A stretch of DNA of 31,216 bases from a virus (Duplodnaviria > Caudoviricetes): the IMG/VR virus record IMGVR_UViG_3300033562_000074, positions 1 through 31,216 of that record, one strand, 5' to 3'. Made by a program: the position numbers and the translations under genes. A model generated the notes under the pieces. The model ran no database searches. It saw only the letters and a list, made by a program, of their open reading frames with translations, and was not told the origin of the DNA. Of the stretch, positions 7,280 through 15,288 are shown in pieces. Position 1 is the stretch's first letter; the number at the start of each line of letters is the position of its first letter.

Positions 7280-8715
7280 TGGCACTGGAGTTCACACCAC
7301 TTGAGCATCAGGAGATGGGGATTAAACACCTCCTTACTCACGATCAAGCTGCACTCTTCGCAGGCATGGGGCTTGGCAAGACTGGGATGGTGCTTGCTGC
7401 GCTCTCAAGGCTCATCCTTGACGGTGCATGCCGGGGAGCGCTCATCATTGCCCCGCTGCGGGTGTCCCTGTTCACATGGCCTGATGAGGTGGCAAAATGG
7501 GGTGAGTTCAAATGGATGCCAGTTGTATCCCTCAGAACCCCGGAAGGGTTGGCAGCATGGGGCCGGGGTGATGCCTGCATTTACACGATCAACTATGAGG
7601 CACTTTTTATCCCCCGCACATGCCCTGACACGGGCGAGAAGCGGGACACGGGCATGTTGTCCCGGTTGATCAAGGGGACCCGTAGAACACACCTCCCTGT
7701 GGACACAGTGATTTGGGATGAGATGAGCAACTGCAAGTCCCCCGGCTCAAAGCGGGTCCGAGAGTTCAGGAAGTATTGGCCGAAGTTCAAACGGCACTGG
7801 GGGTTGACCGGAACACCCACACCCAACTCACTGCTTGACTTGTTTGCACAAATCCGATTGCTCGACAACGGGGAAACCTTCGGCACCGTGATGGGCAATT
7901 ACAAGATTCAATACTTTGAGCCTGTTGATTATGCTCAACGTAAATGGCAGGTCCGGGCCGGGTGCCAAGGGATGATTGAAGAAAAGATTTCCAAGATTGC
8001 ACTCACCCTGAGAAGTGAGGACTGGTTAGACATCCCACCTGTGAGCGTCACGGATGTTGAGGTCAAGTTACCCCCCAAGGCGTGGACCAGATATAAGAAA
8101 CTGCAAAAGGAACTCATCTTGAAACTGCAAACAGGGGTGATCCGTGCCGCGAGCCAAGGTGTGCTGGTTGGCAAGCTACAGCAATTCGTCGGGGGTGCTG
8201 TGTATGCGGACAGTCTGGACAGCATCTTTGATGAGGGGGAAACCACAGTGGTCACCCACATTCACGATGCGAAAATCAAGGCGCTCAGGAAGTTGTTTGA
8301 TGGGGAGGGCAAGAAACCCATGTTGGTTATTGTCAGATTCAAGCACGAAATTGCACGTATCCTTGAGGCATTCCCAGAAGCGGTGAAATTCCACTCAGAT
8401 AAACTAGACGGTTGGAATGCCGGGAAGATCAAGATGCTTGTATCCCACCCGCTGAGCATGAGCCATGGGCTGAACATGCAGAGTGGTGGCTCAAGAATCT
8501 GTTGGTTCACCGTCAACTACTCTCGGGAGCAATACGACCAGACCAACGCACGGCTTGCCCGCACCGGGCAGAAGCACGAGACGCGCATCTTCAGGCTACT
8601 CGTGCCGCTCTCCATTGATGATGCGGTTGTCAGTGCCCTTGAGTCAAAGGGTGACACTCAATCAGCATTCTTGCAAACCCTTACCAACCTTCGGGTTGTG
8701 TCTAACATCAAATGA
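7279..8715 (+). CDS. SNF2-like superfamily 2 helicase
   Basis: GMGLGKT, IIAPLRV, WDEMS, LTGTPTPN, SHGLNMQ, QTNARLARTGQ. Confidence 0.93.
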   Translation: MALEFTPLEHQEMGIKHLLTHDQAALFAGMGLGKTGMVLAALSRLILDGACRGALIIAPLRVSLFTWPDEVAKWGEFKWMPVVSLRTPEGLAAWGRGDACIYTINYEALFIPRTCPDTGEKRDTGMLSRLIKGTRRTHLPVDTVIWDEMSNCKSPGSKRVREFRKYWPKFKRHWGLTGTPTPNSLLDLFAQIRLLDNGETFGTVMGNYKIQYFEPVDYAQRKWQVRAGCQGMIEEKISKIALTLRSEDWLDIPPVSVTDVEVKLPPKAWTRYKKLQKELILKLQTGVIRAASQGVLVGKLQQFVGGAVYADSLDSIFDEGETTVVTHIHDAKIKALRKLFDGEGKKPMLVIVRFKHEIARILEAFPEAVKFHSDKLDGWNAGKIKMLVSHPLSMSHGLNMQSGGSRICWFTVNYSREQYDQTNARLARTGQKHETRIFRLLVPLSIDDAVVSALESKGDTQSAFLQTLTNLRVVSNIK

Positions 8716-9306
8716 TCCTGTGGCAAGTAGCCACTGAAGCACACCACTTGCGAGCATGGTTGAATACCCGCCCATGTTCTCCATCATGTGCAACCAATCA
8801 TGGGGGTTTGTAGAATGAATAGGGCGGCACACTAGCGCTGGGCACAGCACATTCTTGAGGATGTGCCCATCCTGCGAGTCTGCTGTGGAGAATGCCTTGA
8901 TGCCTGTCTTGTTTCTCCGGGTGGACTTGGGGTTGAACTTCTGGTGCAGTGCAGCAAAGAGCAAGGCGAGTTGTTCACCCACCTGTGACTCATGCCAAAA
9001 GCGATACTCATGACCGTTCGCACCCACAGCGCCATTGCTCAGGCGAATGCAGATGACGAGCGTTGCCTCTGAGGAGTTCACGAGGTTGCTAACCCATGCG
9101 TTATCCTGCCGCTTGGGGTCACCCATGAAGGTGTCAATCACCATGGAGTCAATCCCTATGGTGGTGAGTTTTTCATGCAGGTCCCCGGCAAGGATTGATG
9201 TGACATCAAACTCAGGAACACCAATGATCGAATCTCGCCCGCGAAAGAATTTTGTGCGGACGGTCTGGAAGGGTCCGGGGACAATGGCAACTAACGGCGG
9301 TTTCAT
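8662..9306 (-). CDS. Amidase_3 (N-acetylmuramoyl-L-alanine amidase)-like protein with degenerate active site
   Basis: Scaffold motifs VAIVPG, G..E.DVT..LA..L...L, A.L.ICI, G.E, GIK, ILK...PALV, TN..D, LA.GV; start overlaps the endolysin stop. Confidence 0.65.
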   Translation of the reverse strand: MKPPLVAIVPGPFQTVRTKFFRGRDSIIGVPEFDVTSILAGDLHEKLTTIGIDSMVIDTFMGDPKRQDNAWVSNLVNSSEATLVICIRLSNGAVGANGHEYRFWHESQVGEQLALLFAALHQKFNPKSTRRNKTGIKAFSTADSQDGHILKNVLCPALVCRPIHSTNPHDWLHMMENMGGYSTMLASGVLQWLLATGSFDVRHNPKVGKGLQEC

Positions 9307-9917
9307 TTTACAATGAAGGGCATGACTCCAAGGAACAAGTTGCGCTCAGATGCCCGCCTGCGGATGAGACCGCGCAGTGGGTGTGGTGACTGCTCACGAT
9401 CATAGACCCACCGGGAGAACTCATTTGCTGCACTCTGCTTGTCACCAGCATTCAGGTGCTTGAGTAGGGAAGAGATGGCAAGTGCGCCTGTGTTGAACTG
9501 GAAGGACACTAGAGCATCAAACTCGTGCTGCTCAAGGTCCACCTTCACGAGAGCAAGCACACCCTTGATGGACTCCTGCATGTCATATCGAAGCAACTCA
9601 ACTGCCTTCGCTTCTGTGATAGTGCGTCCGGGGAACACAGAGCCGTCGTTGTGCTTCAGCCCAGTGTGCCCCCACCCGATGGTCCACACGCCACCGCCAT
9701 CATCATACGCCTTCAGAAACAACCCCTCAAATTCCTTGACCAAGGCGATGCACTCATCGCTCACATCCCGCATCTGCGTGGGTGCAGCAAGTGAGTCTTC
9801 CCAACGCTGCATGGCACCGATGGTCTTTTTACCCATCTGCCCATCAAGCGGGCCGGGGTCAAACCCAAGGCTCTTGAGTCCGGCTTGAATCAGGTAGGTG
9901 TCATTGTAGATCGGCAT
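9303..9917 (-). CDS. modular endolysin: PG_binding_1 domain plus GH24 lysozyme
   Basis: IQAGLKSLGFDPGPLDGQMGKKT; FEG...AYDDGGGVWTIGWGHT (E-D-T triad); FDALVSFQFNTG; GLIRRRASE. Confidence 0.93.
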   Translation of the reverse strand: MPIYNDTYLIQAGLKSLGFDPGPLDGQMGKKTIGAMQRWEDSLAAPTQMRDVSDECIALVKEFEGLFLKAYDDGGGVWTIGWGHTGLKHNDGSVFPGRTITEAKAVELLRYDMQESIKGVLALVKVDLEQHEFDALVSFQFNTGALAISSLLKHLNAGDKQSAANEFSRWVYDREQSPHPLRGLIRRRASERNLFLGVMPFIVK

Positions 9918-9919
9918 GA

Positions 9920-10825
9920 TTAGCGAATGTCAGTGATTTTGAATTTCAAGTGCTGGTTTCCCCCACGAGTGTTTGGCATGTATCCAAGGACCATCACTGT
10001 GCTTTCGCAATTCCCTGCCACATTGAGTGTGTATTTCTTGGTGGTGGGATCTGCTAAACCAGTGAGCGTGAGACGAGTAACCATTGATCCGTTCAGGTAA
10101 ATCTCAACCTCATCATTGTCTGAACCCGTGTCCCGGTCATAGGTAAACACAAAATCAATTTGTTGTGCTGAACACACATCAAAGGAAACTGTGCCGCTGA
10201 TTGGATTGGTCGTAATATCTCCTAAGTGCCAGTCATCATCATCCTCACCGCTGACAAGCCCGGCATCCCCGGTGGTAATGGATTCAGTCCGGCACTTCCG
10301 GGCAATTGTGAAGCTCTCACCTTTACCAAATTCAAAGTCCGGGTTGAGCAAGCAACTGCATGTGCTTGGTGGTGGGTTCGTGATGAACCACGTTGCGTCC
10401 CAGTAGCCGTTGGGTGCGTAGCAACCCACCTTCCCTTGCCGGGACAGCAAGACCTCTGCCGTGCCGCCAACGGGGACAAGCAGCACACGCACAGGCTCGG
10501 TGCCCGTATCGGCAGCACGAGAGATGCGAGGGGCAAGCAAATAGAAGTTCACTTCTGAGGCATCTGGCAGGGTCACTGGATCAGTGGTGCCAAGCAGTGC
10601 ATAGTCGCCTTCCTGAAATGCCGTCTCAGAGGCGACAAAGGATGCAATGGCACTCGGCCAAGCTGCATGGGTGATCGGCGCTACAAGGATGACGAGAGGC
10701 ACACCAGTCGTAAATCTCGTGTTGCTCGTGAAGAGTGCAAACTCTTTCCACCGTTCTGGGTTGCACTCAATGGCGAGTGGCTTGCCCGGAGCATTCTTGA
10801 AATGGCCAAAGGGTGTCGGGAACAT
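9920..10825 (-). CDS. hypothetical protein, probably beta-rich and virion-associated
   Basis: 301 aa, tightly packed (2-nt gaps); Cys-containing with a beta-strand-like C-terminal half. Confidence 0.7.
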   Translation of the reverse strand: MFPTPFGHFKNAPGKPLAIECNPERWKEFALFTSNTRFTTGVPLVILVAPITHAAWPSAIASFVASETAFQEGDYALLGTTDPVTLPDASEVNFYLLAPRISRAADTGTEPVRVLLVPVGGTAEVLLSRQGKVGCYAPNGYWDATWFITNPPPSTCSCLLNPDFEFGKGESFTIARKCRTESITTGDAGLVSGEDDDDWHLGDITTNPISGTVSFDVCSAQQIDFVFTYDRDTGSDNDEVEIYLNGSMVTRLTLTGLADPTTKKYTLNVAGNCESTVMVLGYMPNTRGGNQHLKFKITDIR

Positions 10826-10827
10826 GG

Positions 10828-11067
10828 TTACTTGCTGGTTATGTCATTCACAATACTCTCAGTGAATGCATGCTGCGAGTAAAAAGCCTGCCCCCGCCCA
10901 AGTAACTTCCCCTCTTGGAAGGTGTATTCAACCCCGTCATTCAGGTGAATCAATCGGGGGTCGTAAAGCGCGGAGTCGTTCAACCTTTCGGACTCTCCGC
11001 GACTGAACAATTTTGAGGCGCAAGAGGGCAGCATGGTCACCACTAAGAGATAGGTGCATAGCTTCAT
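10828..11067 (-). CDS. putative outer-membrane lipoprotein (o-spanin / Rz1-like)
   Basis: From ATG 11067: MKLCTYLLVVTMLPSC, a short signal with a lipobox-like LPSC; overlaps the upstream gene in another frame. Confidence 0.6.
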   Translation of the reverse strand: MKLCTYLLVVTMLPSCASKLFSRGESERLNDSALYDPRLIHLNDGVEYTFQEGKLLGRGQAFYSQHAFTESIVNDITSK

Positions 11068-11200
11068 CCTCAAGGTCCTCAATTTCACTCTCAAGCTGTC
11101 GTGGCTCATTTTGTTTGAGGTGTTCCCGCAAATACTGCGCAAGCTCAGCAATGGCCATGCATGCGGCAGTAAATGCGGAAATTAAACTGCTCAGGCTCAT
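10937..11200 (-). CDS. putative i-spanin (Rz-like)
   Basis: Hydrophobic N-terminus followed by a coiled-coil-like helix; ATGA-coupled to the holin-like gene. Confidence 0.55.
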   Translation of the reverse strand: MSLSSLISAFTAACMAIAELAQYLREHLKQNEPRQLESEIEDLEDEAMHLSLSGDHAALLRLKIVQSRRVRKVERLRALRPPIDSPE

Positions 11201-11361
11201 GGCTTGGCATCAGCGGCTTTGATCAAGCCCGCCCCGATGACAACGGCAGTGACGGCAGTTGCAATGTCAGTGGTGCCAGTCTTGAGAAATTCAAGGGCAG
11301 CATTGCCAACGGCAACAAGGATGGTGAGGACTCCGATGGTGGTGGTTTTCCAGTTTTTCAT
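11197..11361 (-). CDS. putative holin, 54 aa with two hydrophobic segments (not in the ORF track)
   Basis: MKNWKTTTIGVLTILVAVGNAALEFLKTGTTDIATAVTAVVIGAGLIKAADAKP*; stop overlaps the next ATG. Confidence 0.7.
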   Translation of the reverse strand: MKNWKTTTIGVLTILVAVGNAALEFLKTGTTDIATAVTAVVIGAGLIKAADAKP

Positions 11362-11410
11362 GATGATGTTTGGGCTAGGGAAAACATCTCACACACAATT
11401 TTTGTTTTTG

Positions 11411-11677
11411 TCAATCCCTATGCTTCCAAACGCACCCATCCGCACCACACCCTTTGGACATGCGGTCAACGTCCCGCTGTAGGTTGGCTATGATAAGCCC
11501 CTGATTGGCAAGAAGCCCGTCCTGCTTGGCGATGAGCAAGTCTTGGGCTTTTAGCCGGGACTGCATGAATGCCCACATGGTCACTGCCATTGTAGCGATA
11601 GTTGCACACAGTGTAGCTTGGGCACCGATGAGGACGGACTCTTGGAGTTCGACTAGTGCGAGAAAGAAGGGGAGCAT
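11411..11677 (-). CDS. membrane protein with coiled coil (holin/antiholin-like)
   Basis: One TM segment, a heptad region and C-terminal CxxxxC; first gene of the lysis cluster. Confidence 0.6.
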   Translation of the reverse strand: MLPFFLALVELQESVLIGAQATLCATIATMAVTMWAFMQSRLKAQDLLIAKQDGLLANQGLIIANLQRDVDRMSKGCGADGCVWKHRD

Positions 11678-11683
11678 TTTGGT

Positions 11684-12007
11684 TTAAGAAAGTGGTGTTT
11701 CTTGAACAACTGGGGCAACATACTTCACGCTGCCATCTTCCTGCGGTTGGAACACTTCCAGATTTGGCACAGGCACAATGGCATCTGGATCGATTACCGC
11801 AAGTGCTTGGCGCATCGCTTCATAGTTCCGAAGGGCAGCGGATGGCGAGTCGAATGCATCAAGTATCCCCTGTTGAAGTCCCGGAGTATCCACCGCTTCA
11901 TACATTGCGCGAAGTTCTGTTGCGATGTGGTTTGCGAGCATTTGCTGTCTCGCGTCAATGTTGTCTGCGATAAGTTCCGCAGGTGTTTTGGTGCGTAGTG
12001 AGGACAT
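11684..12007 (-). CDS. hypothetical protein, possible tail-fibre assembly chaperone
   Basis: Start placed at MSSLRTK (12007), 7 nt after the fibre stop; the longer track ORF overlaps the fibre gene. Confidence 0.6.
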   Translation of the reverse strand: MSSLRTKTPAELIADNIDARQQMLANHIATELRAMYEAVDTPGLQQGILDAFDSPSAALRNYEAMRQALAVIDPDAIVPVPNLEVFQPQEDGSVKYVAPVVQETPLS

Positions 12008-12014
12008 GGCTTTG

Positions 12015-14549
12015 TTATAGCTTACGGGTTTTAAGGTAGGATGAACGGTAATGTAAAGTGGGCGTCGTGGTTGACGAGTTTTGTGCCCATTGGACGGACA
12101 ATGTGCCAGCCGTTGTGACATGCAGAATGATCTTTCCGCGAGCCATGTTAAACACGCTATTGCTGCCAATGAGTTGGCGAGGAAATGTAAACGTGCTTGC
12201 TGCACCACCAGCAGGTCTTGTTGCGCCGAATGTTGAACTAACAACGCTGTTCGCCCCTGTTGCAGTTTCAATAACCCCACCAGTTTTGGTTGCGTCCGAA
12301 ACACCAGTAAATGCAAGTTGCATTTTCGCACCTGAAGTTCCACCGTTGCAGTCGAAGAATGTCGCAAAGTCAACTTCATAAATACCAACCCCAAGCGTCT
12401 CGACTAATACATCATCATCCGCATAGGTTGTGTCACTTGCTTTTGACCCGTCCGTGATACGATATTTCATCGTGGTCAGTCCATAGCGGGAGTCACCATC
12501 ACTAGCGGTAATCAAACTGGAACTTGCTGGTGTCCCTGTTCCGCTACTCGTCGGACGGGTTGTACTGGAAAAAGCATTGATACCTGACAAAGTATTGTTC
12601 CCCGCCAAGGATGCTTTCTCGGCATCCAACTCTTCCAACGCACTCTGCACATTCGTTGAAGTAATGTCACCAGATGGAACAAAGATCACCGCCGAAGCTG
12701 TGTTAGGTGCTGTGCCAGTGATCAATGCAACCTGTGCCGCACGGAAGTCAGTGGCATTCTCAAGCTGTGTATTCTTGATTGCCGTCGAACCAGAAGACCC
12801 ACCACCACTTGCATTGTATCGAAAGATCAAACGGTGGGCGCTCAACACCTCAGTGGGCGGGATACCCTGCAAGTCAGTTGGCAAAGCTGTGAGTGCCATA
12901 CCCGCCTGTGCCGTTGCCAATGAGTTGTAAACCGCACGGTGGGGGACAAGGATAATCGGGTCATCCACATCCGAGGTCAACAGCATCCAGTAGCCAAACC
13001 TTTGATCCTCGGTCACTGGAGTGATGGCACCAGATCCATCTACGTAGTTGGGAATGTTACTCGTGAACAGGAATGGGAAACGGGCATTGCTGGTTGTCTT
13101 CACTGCCCTCGTTCCATTGTAGTAGGTCACCGGGAACACACCACCATTTGCCAGAGCCACAGAGCCGATTGTCTGCGGGCCATGATCTTGTTCCCACTTA
13201 ACCGTCCCGCTAGTCCCGTTGACCGTCAACACCTCAATATCCTCATCACGGAACTTGCCCGGAGTCAGACCAACCATGGTGTTGAGACCAGAGCTTGCTG
13301 GGGTGCTGAGAGTGGCATTGTGGATCAGGTCAAGACCACTGTTGAAAACATACTTCGCACCACTAGTTGTGTGGTGATAGGCGTGTGTGGCATCGTCCAT
13401 CGCGGTGCTGTGGACTTCCCACAATTTGAAGACACCGGACTGTGCCACAGCATCCCAAGTCAAATAACTGATGGGTGCATGTTGACCAATCACCCAAGGG
13501 GTTGTTCCTGCTTGAAGCGTCATCGTGCCACCCACATTCTCATAATAGAAAAAGTAGTTGGCGCTTGTGGCTCCCGTGATTGTCTTAGTTTGCGCACCAG
13601 TTAAAATCTGTGTCTTCGGTGTTGGTCCTGCGAACACTGTGAACGTGGTTGCCGGACTGATAGGCGCAACCGTCAAGGTGACATTGTTCCCCGTGTTGGT
13701 GTAGGTAATCGAAACGGTTGACGGGTCAATGAAACCAAAACCTTGGAGTGCCGGGAGAGAAAGGGAGTTGCGGAGGGTGTCCGGGTCTGTCGGCACAATG
13801 TCATCAAGGAAGGCCACCGTCCCATTTTTATCCGGCAGCGTCCAAGTTCTGTTTGCCGTCAATGTGGCAGTGGCAGAAAGGTCTCCGGTGAATGCTCCAC
13901 GAAACCAACCGTATGCACCACCTTGGTTGGCCACATAGGAACGTGAGTCCCCGAATTTACCAAACCGCGCATGGTAGTTCGGGTTCATGTCATTACATGT
14001 TGCCTGTATGCCATAGCCACCACCGGATTCAAACTCACCAGCAATGCCATTGGATGTTTTACCAGTCACAGCACTCACGTAACTACCGTTGCCAATTGAG
14101 CCAAAACTCGCACGACCATCACTGCCCCGCTTAACGACCATGTTGGCAGTCCCCTCCGCTGTGGCATCTGAAATGTCAGAACTCAGGATGCTTCCCGCAA
14201 CTGGGTAAGCGTAAGTCCGCCAAGATCCTGAGTGAAAACTCCTGCGGACAGTCTGCCCAACCCGGTTGTAAAGGACCCCATCAAAGTAGAAAAAGCCTGA
14301 GCGTAAAAACACAGAATAACTCGCACCGGGGAAAGGTGCTGGGTCCGTGATCGTTGCAGCACCAAGCACTACATAGGACTTATATGCTTCAGCGGTAAAG
14401 TCCTCGGTCTTCACTTCCCCGAGGTCTGTGAGCTTCGCACCAGTCACAGCGGGTGTGCCGTTCGTGCTTGGCTGAGCATAGCAAGGACCGCACTGGAAAT
14501 ATGCCAGTGTGATAGACAGGGTGAGTAGAGTTTTAGTGCTCAGGTTCAT
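12015..14549 (-). CDS. tail fibre / receptor-binding-like protein
   Basis: T/G/S-rich; fibre-type motifs ANMVVKRGSDG, TANRTWTLPDKNGTVA, ITSTNVQSALEELD; start placed at MNLST (14549). Confidence 0.75.
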   Translation of the reverse strand: MNLSTKTLLTLSITLAYFQCGPCYAQPSTNGTPAVTGAKLTDLGEVKTEDFTAEAYKSYVVLGAATITDPAPFPGASYSVFLRSGFFYFDGVLYNRVGQTVRRSFHSGSWRTYAYPVAGSILSSDISDATAEGTANMVVKRGSDGRASFGSIGNGSYVSAVTGKTSNGIAGEFESGGGYGIQATCNDMNPNYHARFGKFGDSRSYVANQGGAYGWFRGAFTGDLSATATLTANRTWTLPDKNGTVAFLDDIVPTDPDTLRNSLSLPALQGFGFIDPSTVSITYTNTGNNVTLTVAPISPATTFTVFAGPTPKTQILTGAQTKTITGATSANYFFYYENVGGTMTLQAGTTPWVIGQHAPISYLTWDAVAQSGVFKLWEVHSTAMDDATHAYHHTTSGAKYVFNSGLDLIHNATLSTPASSGLNTMVGLTPGKFRDEDIEVLTVNGTSGTVKWEQDHGPQTIGSVALANGGVFPVTYYNGTRAVKTTSNARFPFLFTSNIPNYVDGSGAITPVTEDQRFGYWMLLTSDVDDPIILVPHRAVYNSLATAQAGMALTALPTDLQGIPPTEVLSAHRLIFRYNASGGGSSGSTAIKNTQLENATDFRAAQVALITGTAPNTASAVIFVPSGDITSTNVQSALEELDAEKASLAGNNTLSGINAFSSTTRPTSSGTGTPASSSLITASDGDSRYGLTTMKYRITDGSKASDTTYADDDVLVETLGVGIYEVDFATFFDCNGGTSGAKMQLAFTGVSDATKTGGVIETATGANSVVSSTFGATRPAGGAASTFTFPRQLIGSNSVFNMARGKIILHVTTAGTLSVQWAQNSSTTTPTLHYRSSYLKTRKL

Positions 14550-14559
14550 AGTATGTGGA

Positions 14560-15285
14560 TTAGTCAATGATGATTAGTGCGCCATTATTAAGACGCACTC
14601 TGCGATATGTCGTGGTGGATTGGTCATAGAGGGCGAGGTCAATCCCGCCATCTGGATTTGCCAAGAATCTGAACCCATCAGTGGGTCCGTTCTCAAGGGG
14701 GACTTTGTGCCATGCTGTGCCATCCGATTGATACCAGTTGTATGGGCTGGCATCACCAACCCGGCAAAGCCGTCCGGGGTGTCCCGGCACAGTCTCGTCA
14801 ACGGGCGCAAATCCGGTCACCAGCAATGCAGATGTTGGGGCAGCGGTGACACCTGTGCAGGTGCCGTTGGCAAGAGCGATGTTGAGCAATGTGTCATTGT
14901 CCAACTCTAAGAGCCTTTCACAGATGAGGTCATCACCCACACTTGACCACGTAAACAAGGTGGCCGGACTGCCATCATTCAGGGCATCAAGAAAGGTTGC
15001 TGCCCGGATTGCCCAGTCACTCGGGTTATCCCCAAGTAGGACGGGTATCAGGTAAATCTCAGTGTCTCCGGTAACGGTCACGGTCACCTGCAAGCTCCCG
15101 GCAAGAGTGATCACGCCCACTGCGGTTGCTGCTTCCTTCTGCTTTGCACCGGGGATCACCTCTGACAAGCTCACAGGCGGGCCTTCGGCACTTGTCCGTA
15201 GGATGGGGGTGGACTCACTCTGAAGCGCCTGAAGGATGCCTTGACGGTTCTGAGCGGTCAGCGCGGTAAGTTCAATGAAGGCCAT
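14560..15285 (-). CDS. virion structural protein (tail-associated)
   Basis: Contains a Q.E.AT..G.IT..G...VTV...ND..LNIA...GTCTG.T.APTSA domain that recurs in virion proteins; located in the tail cluster. Confidence 0.65.
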   Translation of the reverse strand: MAFIELTALTAQNRQGILQALQSESTPILRTSAEGPPVSLSEVIPGAKQKEAATAVGVITLAGSLQVTVTVTGDTEIYLIPVLLGDNPSDWAIRAATFLDALNDGSPATLFTWSSVGDDLICERLLELDNDTLLNIALANGTCTGVTAAPTSALLVTGFAPVDETVPGHPGRLCRVGDASPYNWYQSDGTAWHKVPLENGPTDGFRFLANPDGGIDLALYDQSTTTYRRVRLNNGALIIID

Positions 15286-15288
15286 GGG

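Noticed and set aside
12008-12394. N-terminal extension of the 236-aa track ORF, or a frameshifted fibre variant
   Set aside because: It overlaps the fibre gene, I see no slippery site, and the ATG at 12007 gives normal packing.
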